From: Candidatus Thorarchaeota archaeon
GTDB taxonomy: Archaea; Asgardarchaeota; Thorarchaeia; Thorarchaeales; Thorarchaeaceae
Assembly (NCBI GenBank): GCA_048882325.1
Contig: JBHLRS010000023.1
Coordinates: 1 to 35,168 of the forward strand
Reading direction: 5' to 3'
DNA length: 35,168 nucleotides
Shown piece by piece: positions 17,713 to 28,093 of this stretch. The notes below the pieces were generated by a model. The model did no database searches. It saw nothing but the letters and a program-made list of their open reading frames with translations, and was not told the origin of the DNA. The first letter of the stretch is position 1, and each line of letters begins with the position of its first letter. A program made the translations under genes and the position numbers.

Positions 17713-20613
17713 GTGGGCACACCGAGAAACTCAAAGAGAATTAAGACAAAGGGAAATAGAGCATACGGTCTGTCATATGCTCTTAGTGCAATCAGGGCAA
17801 ATCCGTTTAGAGCTTTGAGTCTTGCCTTGACATTAAGTCTAGGCATCAGTCTTTTTGCTTCCACAATGGTCTGGGGTGATACTGGAATCTATGTGAGTAT
17901 CTACGGGTACCTCGAAGACAGCTCGTACCAAATCAAAGTTGATTCTGAAGTTAATGTTCCACAAGCTGTTGCAGAGGCTGAATTGTATATGCAGCAGAGC
18001 CCATTTGTTGAGGAAACTCGAAGGATGAACTCCACTGTGGGACTTGTCTGGGGCACAAACATATCTGATAGCTGGCATTATGATATCGAAGATACAGTGT
18101 ATTCTCATGGTGTCAAGGATTGTAGAGTCATCTTCGTAGATAATGAGTTTCTAAATGAGACCGCCTTCGAGTTTAACTATGAAGGCTCTTTTGAGCTTGG
18201 ACCCGATGAAATCATAGTTTCTCGGATGTTTATCCACTACGTTGAACAGGTCTTCAACGTGTCGCTAGCAATCAATGACACAATAGATGTTGAGCTCCTT
18301 ACTGGAGCTTGGTCTGGTACCGGTGCCGCACCGCTGAGTATGCTTGGACGTCTTAGCGTGACTGACCTCAAGATTGTGGGTATCTTCAGAGTTCGATCCC
18401 AAGATACTATTATTGAGCGTGCCTTTCCATCACTTGGGAATGGACGAGAGAACTGGGATCATACAAATCTTCGGTATCAAGTCATGGGCATCCGTGATAG
18501 TATTCTGATGCGGCCAGATCAAATCCCTGGTGATGCTCTCTCACCCAACGGTTTCTTCAGAGAAACAATGTTGGTCAGAGTTTCTGCAGGTGCACTGGCT
18601 CTCGATGGTCCAAAGAATGTTGCCTCCAACCTCTTCGAGTTGACAATTCGGACAAAGGAGCTATATAACATCACATGGTCTGGTCAGGATAAAATCCATG
18701 AGATTCAAGACGTTGTTAACACCTACGTTGCGACACTTGACCTCTCAATCCTGGCTTTACCAATTATCCTTCTAGCATTATTCTTCTCAGTCTTTGCAGC
18801 TGACACCTTCATGGCACCACGTCACGTAGAGGTGGGAGTCATTCGGTCCAAGGGTGCTAGCTATTCCCAGGTTTCAAGTGTCTTTCTATGGGAATCTGCG
18901 GTAATCGCTGCTCTCTCGGTTGGGCTTGGTATACTATTTAGTGTGCTATTTGCACCACTTATTCCATCCACAAACAGTTTCATGAATTTTGACTGGAACA
19001 CCTACCTCTTCTACCTATCAAACACAGTTGTGAGTCTCAATACAATTGTGAGAGCCATAGGACTCACAGTACTCCCCAGCCTCTTATTCATCCTCTATCT
19101 TGCCAGGAGAGCAGCCTCAACCGAGATTAGTCTCACTTTGGCTGAAGTGACTGAGGATGCAACTGAGCAATCAGAAGCTCATGGTTTCACGATCGGAGCT
19201 TCAATCTTTCTGCTGGGGCTGGTCATTGTTATGATGTATATTCTCCCCAGACATCCAATTCTATTCTTGATGGAGCTTGGAATGGGGACTGCCGCATGGT
19301 TCTTCATTGCCTATAACGGATCACGAATTTCTCGAGTGGGGCTATCCAAGGTCTCTGAGAAGTTGTCATTCATATTGGGCCAGAAGAACCTGATATCTGC
19401 AGGATACTTGAAGATGCGAAAGGGTCGAATAATTCCGCTCATGGTTGTTCTAGCCCTAACAATGTCTTCGACCATCGCATTTGCTGTACAGTCAGAAAGC
19501 CTCAGGGTGGACCTAAATCGAGAGGTCAGTTATGCAATAGGCGCCGACCTTCGAGTTGACTGTTCAATACAGGAATTCAACTTCAGTATGGATTTGGAAG
19601 CATATGATGGGGTCAATGACGCTATGCCAGTCCTCAGAACCTGGGCCCGTCTGGGACCTGATATTCTTAGCATAGAGGCATTATATCCACTGCAGTATTC
19701 GAATATGGGTAAGTTTGATCGGTCAAGCTTTGGTGGAGTGTCCCCTGAGATCATCCTCTCTGATTTAGCAGCTGTGCCCAATGGCATCATTCTGAGTGAG
19801 TATCATGCTGAACGGTGGAACAAAACCGCTGGAGATTCACTCACTCTCGAAATGAGTGGAGTAGGTGCTACTCAATTAGTCACCTTTGAAGTAGTGGGTA
19901 TAGTGTTCAGCGCTCCGGGTTTCGGGTATGCATCGCACACTGATGTCCCCCCCTCTCCGCTTGGAGCTGGCTTTGGGTTTAGCTCTAAGTTTGATGGGTT
20001 TGCTCTGACAAATCTTGAGTTTATTGAGAGCGTAATTGATGTCCATGAATCAACGTTATTCCTAGCAAGTCTCGATGATTCAACCAATCATACTCGCCTA
20101 CTTGAGGAACTCTCAGAAATTCCCGGAATTACTCCTAACACTCCCGAGGAGTTTGATTTGAAGGCCCGATCATTGCGGACTGCACTATTCTTGAACACGA
20201 TTGAGGGTCTATTCTCTATTGGTTTTGTGATGTCACTTACTCTCAGTGTGTTTGCTCTGTCAATTTCATTGGGATCTGTAGTGAGGGAGCGTCGCAAAGA
20301 ATATGCAGTCATGCGTGCGATTGGAGGGTCTCAACGACAGGTTGTCAGTATGGTGTTTTCAGAATTCAGTGGGGTTGTAATTGCCTCGTTAGCGCTGAGT
20401 CTGGTCCTTGGTGCTGTGTTTGGATTCGTCATGGGATTTCTGGTAAATGTCATGAGCCCGTTCTCTCGAACGTTATCTGCAAGTATCGCATTCCCGATGG
20501 ACTTCCTGTCGATTGTCCTGTTCGTTGAAATAATGACTATGATTATTGGGGCTTACTTGCCAGCTAGAGAGGCATCACGGACAGACCCCGCAGTTGTACT
20601 AAGAAATATGTGA
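17713..20613 (+). CDS. Large FtsX/MacB-like ABC permease (two tandem repeats)
   Basis: TM, large extracytoplasmic domain and FtsX TMs occur twice; R..EVGVIRSKGAS and ERRKEYAVMRAIGGS; PAREASRTDP ending. Confidence 0.9.
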   Translation: MGTPRNSKRIKTKGNRAYGLSYALSAIRANPFRALSLALTLSLGISLFASTMVWGDTGIYVSIYGYLEDSSYQIKVDSEVNVPQAVAEAELYMQQSPFVEETRRMNSTVGLVWGTNISDSWHYDIEDTVYSHGVKDCRVIFVDNEFLNETAFEFNYEGSFELGPDEIIVSRMFIHYVEQVFNVSLAINDTIDVELLTGAWSGTGAAPLSMLGRLSVTDLKIVGIFRVRSQDTIIERAFPSLGNGRENWDHTNLRYQVMGIRDSILMRPDQIPGDALSPNGFFRETMLVRVSAGALALDGPKNVASNLFELTIRTKELYNITWSGQDKIHEIQDVVNTYVATLDLSILALPIILLALFFSVFAADTFMAPRHVEVGVIRSKGASYSQVSSVFLWESAVIAALSVGLGILFSVLFAPLIPSTNSFMNFDWNTYLFYLSNTVVSLNTIVRAIGLTVLPSLLFILYLARRAASTEISLTLAEVTEDATEQSEAHGFTIGASIFLLGLVIVMMYILPRHPILFLMELGMGTAAWFFIAYNGSRISRVGLSKVSEKLSFILGQKNLISAGYLKMRKGRIIPLMVVLALTMSSTIAFAVQSESLRVDLNREVSYAIGADLRVDCSIQEFNFSMDLEAYDGVNDAMPVLRTWARLGPDILSIEALYPLQYSNMGKFDRSSFGGVSPEIILSDLAAVPNGIILSEYHAERWNKTAGDSLTLEMSGVGATQLVTFEVVGIVFSAPGFGYASHTDVPPSPLGAGFGFSSKFDGFALTNLEFIESVIDVHESTLFLASLDDSTNHTRLLEELSEIPGITPNTPEEFDLKARSLRTALFLNTIEGLFSIGFVMSLTLSVFALSISLGSVVRERRKEYAVMRAIGGSQRQVVSMVFSEFSGVVIASLALSLVLGAVFGFVMGFLVNVMSPFSRTLSASIAFPMDFLSIVLFVEIMTMIIGAYLPAREASRTDPAVVLRNM

Positions 20614-20622
20614 GGTGATAAA

Positions 20623-23541
20623 ATGGCCAAGAAGAAAACGGAAAAAGCGATCCTAAAGGGAAATCCACTCTGGTCTATTGGTTATGCTATCACCTCCATG
20701 AAGAACTACAAGGTACGAAACGTAGGTATTGCTCTAATTCTGGCTATTAGTGTAGCAATCCCAACGACAATCTTTGCATGGACAAGTACCGGTTCACGAC
20801 TGGCTGTAGAGACATACTTCGATGAGAACGCTTACCAGTTCAGTATTCAAAACGATCCGGCATCGCTAGATTACTCGCACCTCTTTGATGCTCAGAATCT
20901 TGTGATGAGCAGTCCATATGCTGAATATGCACACATCACACCAAGTACGGTAGGAATCTTCAGAATGGATGGGACCACCCCCGAATGGGAGGAATACTTC
21001 ACCTTTGGTCAAAACTATGCACAAGGCGTCAAGGACTGCAGGGTCATCATAGTTGATAACGAAATTCTAAATGTTTGGTCAAATGAACTTGATTTCAGAG
21101 GGAACACTACACTGAGTCCTGGAGAGGTGCTGGTATCTGAGAGATTTATTGAGCTCACCGAGGAAATGATGCAAACAACTCTTGGAGTATCTATTGATCT
21201 TGATGTCGGGTCTGAAATCAGTCTGGATGTACTTAGAACCTACTACTCACCAGCTGAGGGCCGCCCATTTGACCCATTGCTTCTTAATCGACAAATCGTG
21301 CGGAATCTCACCATTGCAGGTGTTTATGATGTTATTCGGTCATCTGTTGTGGTGCAATCATATCCGTCGCTCTTCAGACCTAACTATGATCCGCTAGGGT
21401 TCTCTACAAGCGTTTTGGGAATAGTAGATTCAGTCCTGATGCTTCCTGAGGAACTTGGCCCTGTATCTGTTGAAATGATAACAAACACCGGATTCTTCTC
21501 ACCTGTTGAGTTTGTACGAGGGTCTGTGGATGGTCTTGTCAAAGCTGGAGTGCTACGGGCTGCTCAGAACCTCTTGAATTTGAAAACTCAGATTGAAGAG
21601 AGTGATGCGATCCTGAATGTCATTGGCCTTGACAACATAGACAGCCTTCAGACTCACATAACAACTTACATTCAAAGCCAAGTATTGATCATCCTTGCAT
21701 TTCCAATTATGATCATGAGCCTGATGCTCACCATCTTCACTTCGGAGACCTCGGTTTCTCAACGAAAGGGTGAGATTAGCGCACTACGTGCCAAAGGAGC
21801 ATCCTTCAACCAGATATTCGCCGCATTCATCTGGGAATCACTGTTCCTCTCCGTTCTTGGTCTCATTGCTGGACTATTGATTACCGTTTTGTCCGCGCCT
21901 TTGATGGGCTCTTCAACTGGGCTGTTGTCCTTTGACCAAGTCAGATATACTGAGTTCGTCACCAAGATGACCATACCCGGACAAGCACTTGCACTATCTG
22001 CAACAATAGCACTCTTCTTACCCGCAGCTTATCTCTTGCATGTTGCTCGTAGGATTGATGTTGCTGAGATAGGGCAACCAACAACCAGAATGACTTATGA
22101 GATTCCAGAGGAGACCAACATCTGGTTCTATGTGATAACACTTGGTGGGACTTTGGTAGTTCTTCTCATTGTACCAGTACTCTTCAATCCCGCTGGCCAA
22201 ACTGCGTTCATTGAGATACTGTTGTCAACTGGAATACTGTTTATCTCATCATATCTTGGATCCAGAGCGATGCGACTGGTGACTGCTAACGCATCTGAGA
22301 ACGTCGGCCGTCTGTTGGGCGAGAAAAAACTCTACATGACTCAGAGTCTACGGAGGAGAAAGGGACAGTTCATCCCCCTCTTAGTAATCCTAACATTGAC
22401 ACTCACCACAACAACAATGATGCTAATCCAGACAGCTAGCTTTGAGGACACACTTGAGAATGAAGCACTCTATGCACTTGGCTGCGATATCCGACTAGAG
22501 GTCCCTGAACAGCCCTTTGCTTGGACTGACACATTGGAAGGATTCGGGGGAGTCGTCAGTGCGACTCCAGTTGTTGAATCTCTGTCATATGTGGGCACAA
22601 CAGCCTTCTATCTCGAAGGGATTGATGCTGAATCGTACAGTACAATAGGGAATTTCAAGGCGTCAAGCTTTGTCAGTGGTACGCCCGAGGAGGTCCTAGC
22701 GGCCCTTGAGGATACCAACAATGGGATCATCCTAAGTCGGGTTTATTCAGAACGTTGGAATTTGACAACTGGCGACAGTGTTGACATACGCGTCAGTGGT
22801 GTGACAGAAACAAGTTTCGAGATTGTTGGCATTATGAAGAGTGCACCTGGTTTTGGAATGGCTTCGAGTAGAGATCTTGATGGTATCCCATTTGGTGCCT
22901 ACTTCGAATTCCAACCTGGGCGAGGAGGATTTGCCTTAGTCAATTATGACTTCTTAGCGTCCGTAGATGGTGTGACCACTACTGAAGTATTCCTAGTTGG
23001 TACAACCTCCCTTGAGGATGCATCTGATCTGATTGCATTCGCCAGCGATATTCCATACGCTGTGGTCTACACCACAGATTCCATCGAGTTTGGTTCCGAC
23101 ACGGTGACTGGTCTCTTTCTTGCTGGAATTGAGGGACTGACAATGATCGCTTTCTTCATGTGTGCAGCTATGGGTATCGCATCAATCGCACTATTCCTTG
23201 GGTCAGCAGTGATGGAGCGCGAGCCTGAGTATGCTCTGTTTCGAGCCATTGGCGGGACAAAGAAACAGGTCGTTTCTCTAGTGTTCGGAGAGTTTGCAGG
23301 AAGCGTGCTTGCTGCTGTATTGATAAGTCTCGGTCTTGGGGTGCTGTTTGGTTATACACTGACTCTCTTGACATTTGGAATCTCATCTGTATGGCCGATT
23401 CTTCCGAAGATACTGACATATCCGTTGATAGTCATGGTCTTCACTGTTGCAATTGAATGTGTTACAATGGTGGCTGCATGTTACTTCCCAGCTAGAAGAG
23501 CTGGAGGTACTAACCCAGCTGATGTATTGAGAAATATGTGA
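20623..23541 (+). CDS. Large FtsX/MacB-like ABC permease (paralog of 17713-20613)
   Basis: QRKGEISALRAKGAS, ERE.EYALFRAIGG, GVKDCRVI shared with the paralog, same VLRNM C-terminus; GAGGTGA SD. Confidence 0.9.
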   Translation: MAKKKTEKAILKGNPLWSIGYAITSMKNYKVRNVGIALILAISVAIPTTIFAWTSTGSRLAVETYFDENAYQFSIQNDPASLDYSHLFDAQNLVMSSPYAEYAHITPSTVGIFRMDGTTPEWEEYFTFGQNYAQGVKDCRVIIVDNEILNVWSNELDFRGNTTLSPGEVLVSERFIELTEEMMQTTLGVSIDLDVGSEISLDVLRTYYSPAEGRPFDPLLLNRQIVRNLTIAGVYDVIRSSVVVQSYPSLFRPNYDPLGFSTSVLGIVDSVLMLPEELGPVSVEMITNTGFFSPVEFVRGSVDGLVKAGVLRAAQNLLNLKTQIEESDAILNVIGLDNIDSLQTHITTYIQSQVLIILAFPIMIMSLMLTIFTSETSVSQRKGEISALRAKGASFNQIFAAFIWESLFLSVLGLIAGLLITVLSAPLMGSSTGLLSFDQVRYTEFVTKMTIPGQALALSATIALFLPAAYLLHVARRIDVAEIGQPTTRMTYEIPEETNIWFYVITLGGTLVVLLIVPVLFNPAGQTAFIEILLSTGILFISSYLGSRAMRLVTANASENVGRLLGEKKLYMTQSLRRRKGQFIPLLVILTLTLTTTTMMLIQTASFEDTLENEALYALGCDIRLEVPEQPFAWTDTLEGFGGVVSATPVVESLSYVGTTAFYLEGIDAESYSTIGNFKASSFVSGTPEEVLAALEDTNNGIILSRVYSERWNLTTGDSVDIRVSGVTETSFEIVGIMKSAPGFGMASSRDLDGIPFGAYFEFQPGRGGFALVNYDFLASVDGVTTTEVFLVGTTSLEDASDLIAFASDIPYAVVYTTDSIEFGSDTVTGLFLAGIEGLTMIAFFMCAAMGIASIALFLGSAVMEREPEYALFRAIGGTKKQVVSLVFGEFAGSVLAAVLISLGLGVLFGYTLTLLTFGISSVWPILPKILTYPLIVMVFTVAIECVTMVAACYFPARRAGGTNPADVLRNM

Positions 23542-23551
23542 GGTAGTTGAA

Positions 23552-24583
23552 ATGGATACAACTTTAGAATTCGAAGATGAACTTGACCTGTACAGTGACT
23601 TGCCTGATGATGTCGTCGTCAGTGTAAATGACTGTTACAAGATCTACAAAGCCCAGGAGCTAGAGGTCGTTGCGTTAAGTGGCGTGTCTCTCCAGATTCT
23701 CGAAGGCAAGATCATGGCCGTTGTTGGGCCTTCAGGCTCAGGAAAGACGACCCTAATCAACGTGATTGGTGGAATCACCAAGGCAACAGTTGGTAAGGTC
23801 TATTGGGCCAACTTGAGGACTGACATCACAAAACTGAGTGAACGAGTCTTAACAGAAGCCAGACGTAATTTCATTGGTTTCCACTTCCAGCTGAACAACT
23901 TGCTACCTCATCTCAATGCATGGCAGAATGTGGAACTTGCAGCACGAATTGCTGGTGTACCTCGACAGGTGCGTAAAGACAGAGTCGACCGTCTCATCAA
24001 ACTAGTTGGTCTTGAGGAACGCAAGCGTAACAAAGCAACCACACTTAGTGGCGGAGAAAAGTCACGAGTGGCGATAGCTAGTGCTCTCGTGAACCTCATC
24101 GACACAGAAGGGAAGGGATTGGTTCTTTGTGATGAACCCACCGGGGATCTAGACCCTGAGACTGGTGAACGGATTCTTGATTTGTTCCAAGAGCTGAACG
24201 AAACAATAGGCACATCGTTCTTCATTGTTACACACAGTCAACAAGTGGCATCCAAAGCGGATGTGACAGTAGAGCTCCGGGATGGAGTCATTTCTGGGTT
24301 CCATCAGGCTGGGATAGATCTAGACATGCTTGATACGACTCGTATTGTACGGTTGGATGACAAACACAGACTTCCCATGCCCACTGACCTCCTCAGCCTC
24401 GCTGGTGACCCACGAGAGTTCCGACTCAGCTATGTGGATAACAAGTTCATACTTGTCCCACAGACTGGCGAAGTTGTTGATCAGATGCGTGAGAAGAAGG
24501 CTAGAATCTGCAGAGTTTGTGGTGCAGAGATTCCGGGTGGTAAGTTCATCTGTGCCAACTGTGGAAGTCAGGTCACAGTATGA
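23552..24583 (+). CDS. ABC ATP-binding protein with C-terminal AbrB-like segment and zinc ribbon
   Basis: GPSGSGKT, LSGGE, VLCDEPTGDLD, THS; then VRLDDKHRLPMP..KFILVP and CRVCG..CANCG. Confidence 0.88.
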   Translation: MDTTLEFEDELDLYSDLPDDVVVSVNDCYKIYKAQELEVVALSGVSLQILEGKIMAVVGPSGSGKTTLINVIGGITKATVGKVYWANLRTDITKLSERVLTEARRNFIGFHFQLNNLLPHLNAWQNVELAARIAGVPRQVRKDRVDRLIKLVGLEERKRNKATTLSGGEKSRVAIASALVNLIDTEGKGLVLCDEPTGDLDPETGERILDLFQELNETIGTSFFIVTHSQQVASKADVTVELRDGVISGFHQAGIDLDMLDTTRIVRLDDKHRLPMPTDLLSLAGDPREFRLSYVDNKFILVPQTGEVVDQMREKKARICRVCGAEIPGGKFICANCGSQVTV

Positions 24584-24594
24584 ATGCAAAAGAG

Positions 24595-25083
24595 TTAGAG
24601 ACTCGCTTCTGGCGAGTCGTTTCTCTTGAATAGAGAAACTAGCTGCTCTATTGTGGTCCAGTGTTCCATGTACTTGCGAATCATCCGACGTTCTCTCTTC
24701 AGGTTTTTGATGCCGCTTAGCTCGAGTTCTTTCTCGATAAACTTGTAGATCTCTTTCCCTTTTTTGTCGAAATCGGTGAGGACGAGAACCTGCCCCTTTG
24801 GTCCTGCTTGCGCCTGAATCTTCTCAATGACTTGTTGTCTTGATAATCTCGTCTGAGTCCTGATTATGGTTGCTTTTAGACCAAGGTTTCGAAGAACGGA
24901 AACATCTCGTTTACCTTCTACAACTACTAGCAGATTGGGATACTTTGAATCAAGTGTCTGTATCGTTTCAATGAGTTTCTTTTCATTCTCAGAGAGTCGT
25001 CCAACACGCCTCTGTTCTACAGATCTCCAAAGGCCTGCTTTTCCTCTCAATGAATCATTATTGTCTTCAGTCAAAAGACACAC
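24595..25083 (-). CDS. Small Toprim-domain protein (RNase M5/primase-like)
   Basis: VVVEGKRD..L..LG and VLVLTDFDKKG (E and DxD). Start codon uncertain. Confidence 0.88.
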   Translation of the reverse strand: MCLLTEDNNDSLRGKAGLWRSVEQRRVGRLSENEKKLIETIQTLDSKYPNLLVVVEGKRDVSVLRNLGLKATIIRTQTRLSRQQVIEKIQAQAGPKGQVLVLTDFDKKGKEIYKFIEKELELSGIKNLKRERRMIRKYMEHWTTIEQLVSLFKRNDSPEASL

Positions 25084-25093
25084 CGTTTCTTGA

Positions 25094-26137
25094 TTATGGT
25101 GTTATTGCGACCTTCATGGTTTCTCCTTTGCCCATCTTCTCCAAAGCATCATTGATCTTTTCAAGTGGCAGCTCATGAGAAATCAGTAGGTCTGGATTGA
25201 CATCTCCAGCAATGATGAGCTTTAGCGCTTGCTCCACATGTCTAGGTTTAAGATGGAATACTCCCTTTATTGTCAATTGGCCATAGTGGAATCGTCCTGT
25301 GTCAACCTCGAACTTTGTCCCTGAAGCCGCCCCTCCAAACAGTACAGTTGTTCCTGCATCACGGGTCATTTCAACGGCCTGTTCCCAGGTCTGAGGTATC
25401 CCCACAGCCTCGATGACCACATCGGCACCATAGCCGTAGGTTTCATCTCTGACAAGTCCTATTGGGTCCTCCTTTGACGGATCGATGACAATATCAGCTC
25501 CTGCCTTCTTTGCAATATTTCTTCGAAGATCAGCAAGATCTGATGCAATCACAGTAGACGCACCGTTCTTCTTTGCTAGCATGATTAACATCTGTCCAAT
25601 CGGTCCTGCTCCAATGACAGCCACCGTGTCACCAAGTTTGATGTTAGACTCCTCAATACCATGAACAACACATGCCAGAGGTTCTGTGAGCGCAGCATCT
25701 CTATAGGAGAGCGACTCAGGAATCTGATGAGTGTTCATCCTCACCACGGCCTCAGGGACTCGAATGTATTCTGCGAACGCTCCATTGACAAGACTATCCT
25801 TCAGCTGGGCACAGAGATTTGGCATGTTTCTCTTGCAAAAGAAGCACTCACTACAGGGAGCAGAGTTTGTTGCAACAACTCTCATCCCGACTTCAAAGCC
25901 CTCGACACCATCTCCTACCTCCTCAATGGTCCCTGCATATTCATGCCCAAAGAGCGCGGGGGTATGTTTGATGAGGACTGGATGCCCTCTCTTGTAGGTC
26001 TTGACATCTGTCCCACAGGTCAGAGCTGTGCCAATCTTGATCAGGAGTTCTCCCGGTCCAATCTCTGGCACATTGGTCTCCTCATATCGGACATCACCGA
26101 TACCATAGTACATTGCAGCTTTCATCTTGCGAGTCAT
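25094..26137 (-). CDS. Zinc-dependent medium-chain (sorbitol/threonine-type) dehydrogenase
   Basis: CGTD, GHE, CSECFFC..NLC, EPLAC, GAGPIG. ATG at 26137 (MTRKMKAA) preferred. Confidence 0.93.
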   Translation of the reverse strand: MTRKMKAAMYYGIGDVRYEETNVPEIGPGELLIKIGTALTCGTDVKTYKRGHPVLIKHTPALFGHEYAGTIEEVGDGVEGFEVGMRVVATNSAPCSECFFCKRNMPNLCAQLKDSLVNGAFAEYIRVPEAVVRMNTHQIPESLSYRDAALTEPLACVVHGIEESNIKLGDTVAVIGAGPIGQMLIMLAKKNGASTVIASDLADLRRNIAKKAGADIVIDPSKEDPIGLVRDETYGYGADVVIEAVGIPQTWEQAVEMTRDAGTTVLFGGAASGTKFEVDTGRFHYGQLTIKGVFHLKPRHVEQALKLIIAGDVNPDLLISHELPLEKINDALEKMGKGETMKVAITP

Positions 26138-26170
26138 AAGCCAATTCCCCGAGCACCTTCGCTTGGTCCG

Positions 26171-26216
26171 TTTAAATCCCTTCCTGACTGACAAACCGCA
26201 ATGCTTAACCTTTATT
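26171..26216. promoter_or_regulatory. Divergent TATA boxes for the dehydrogenase (-) and the OsmC-like gene (+)
   Basis: TTTAAA at 26171-26176 with a purine-rich BRE on the - strand, 34 nt from ATG 26137; CTTTATT at about 26210-26216, about 30 nt before ATG 26246. Confidence 0.5.
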
Positions 26217-26245
26217 CACCTGAGCCACAGCGTGGATTGATAGTC

Positions 26246-26698
26246 ATGCGTATCAAGTCTAAGTTTCCTGAGCGTATGGAATACCATGCGGAGAGTGTGT
26301 GGGACGGCAAGACAGGTGGTACGATTACAACCAGTGAGGGCTGTCAGATAAAGTATGACACTCCAAAGACCTATTCAGGACGCGGCGAAGGAATCTGCCC
26401 AGATGAGATATTCGTGTCTGCAGTCCTCGGCTGTCTGAACAACACTTTCCTTGATTTTCAACGCCGATTCGAAATGGACCTTGTTTCATTCAAGCTGAAT
26501 GGGAAAGCAACAACCATCTTTGATGGTGAAGGGTATATAATCACTAGATTTGAGGTGTCAGGTGAGGTCGTTGTAGGTGAGGATGAGCTCGAAACTGGTC
26601 AGCGTTGTGTTGAGCTCATGCAGCAGTATTGTCATCTAACTAGAACTATCAAAGACTCCCTTCCATTCGAGTATGACATATCTGTCCGAGAAGGATAG
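26246..26698 (+). CDS. OsmC/Ohr family protein
   Basis: W.G..GG, P....G.G...PDE.F.SA..GC and a later YC; ATG at 26246. Confidence 0.88.
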   Translation: MRIKSKFPERMEYHAESVWDGKTGGTITTSEGCQIKYDTPKTYSGRGEGICPDEIFVSAVLGCLNNTFLDFQRRFEMDLVSFKLNGKATTIFDGEGYIITRFEVSGEVVVGEDELETGQRCVELMQQYCHLTRTIKDSLPFEYDISVREG

Positions 26699-26699
26699 C

Positions 26700-27191
26700 T
26701 TATCGTTCTAGTTCCTTCATAAGCTGAGTTATCCTTTCCATATAGGCTTCAATGTTTGTCCATTGTCCACCTTGAAAGAAGACACTGCTACAGTATCTAC
26801 AGAGCCAGAACTCCGAATAATGATTGAACGTCTGTTCAGCGACTAGCCTTCTGATGGTTTCTTTCTCCTCGTCAGTGATATGCGTTAGAACGCCATTACA
26901 TTTAGTGCAACGCGATTTTGAGGGGTCTATCTTAGGATTGATTTCAAATTTTGAGAAAACGATTGCCACCTCCTCGTCCACAGATCCCCTAACTAACATG
27001 AACGCTGCACCTGCATTCTCTGCTCTTCTTGCAAGAATAGCATCTGATGTGAGCAAAACCCTATTCTGGTCAAGCGCGATTTGTAGAAGCTGGTCATCAT
27101 GTATTTTGGTTGAGTAAAACGTGTCATATCCGGCAAGTCGAAGCCACGTGGCAAGTTTTCCTAGCATAGCATCAACAATGAACGTTCTCAT
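26700..27191 (-). CDS. Mut7-C RNase (PIN-like, DUF82) domain protein with zinc ribbon
   Basis: FIVDAMLGKLATWLRLAGYDT, RVLLTSD, SRCTKCNG.L, FW.C..C..VF. Confidence 0.92.
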   Translation of the reverse strand: MRTFIVDAMLGKLATWLRLAGYDTFYSTKIHDDQLLQIALDQNRVLLTSDAILARRAENAGAAFMLVRGSVDEEVAIVFSKFEINPKIDPSKSRCTKCNGVLTHITDEEKETIRRLVAEQTFNHYSEFWLCRYCSSVFFQGGQWTNIEAYMERITQLMKELER

Positions 27192-28093
27192 TGATTTTCA
27201 CCGAAAATTAAACGCGAGGCATTCTTCCACATCACTTTCTCAATCTCATCTTTGTGCACTTGCTTGTATCCCTGATCAATCATCTCAGAAGGGATCTGTA
27301 AACTGGTAAAGAACTCCACCCATTTTCTGAGTGGCATCGTGAATTCAAACAGTGGGAAATCACTCCCAAAGATCATTCGATTCGGAAACACCCTCAGAGT
27401 CTTTGCATCTCCAATCATCTGATACACTTTCATTGGTACTGCTGATGCAAATACCTGCCACCCTGATACATCTACCGACACATTCGGGTTTTTAGCTGCT
27501 ATCATAAGAGTTTCATCATGCCAAGGAAAACCAACATGGGCCAGTATTATTTTCAGATCAGGAAAGTCAGCTGCAACCCTGTCAACATAGACCGGTCTTG
27601 CATACTTCACATGTTTGTGCCTGGGAGTGAATCCCTGATGAATGAGGATCGGAATGTTCAGGTCTATGCAAAGCTTGTAATAGGGATCAAACTCGCTTTT
27701 GTCCGGGTAGAACCCATTTGGAGGGTACATCTTCCACCCCCTACACCCTTTCTTAGTTACTGCTCGCTCTAGTTCCTTCAGCCCTGCTTCTCCTCTTCTT
27801 GGATCAAGACCGACGAATGTCACTATGTCAGTGTCACCTTCCACCTCATTCACATGCCAGTCTGTCTTCTCTGTCATCGTGAGGGGCATCTTTTGATGAT
27901 ACGCACTATCAATTGGTAATATGACTGCCCTATCTACTCTACTTGTTTCCATGGCATTACGAAGAGTGTCAATCGTTGAGTCAAGTACTGGATCGACACC
28001 ATCACGTTCAGCGGCTGCAAGACGTGATGTAAGATCCCTCTCACTGATAATATCCTTCGACCATGTATGGGTGTGCGCGTCAATGACCTTCAA
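27188..28093 (-). CDS. Amidohydrolase family 2 protein
   Basis: IDAHTH, GWKMYP, ILIHQG, ILAHVGFPW, IFGSDFP, NASRL. Confidence 0.92.
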   Translation of the reverse strand: MKVIDAHTHTWSKDIISERDLTSRLAAAERDGVDPVLDSTIDTLRNAMETSRVDRAVILPIDSAYHQKMPLTMTEKTDWHVNEVEGDTDIVTFVGLDPRRGEAGLKELERAVTKKGCRGWKMYPPNGFYPDKSEFDPYYKLCIDLNIPILIHQGFTPRHKHVKYARPVYVDRVAADFPDLKIILAHVGFPWHDETLMIAAKNPNVSVDVSGWQVFASAVPMKVYQMIGDAKTLRVFPNRMIFGSDFPLFEFTMPLRKWVEFFTSLQIPSEMIDQGYKQVHKDEIEKVMWKNASRLIFGENQ

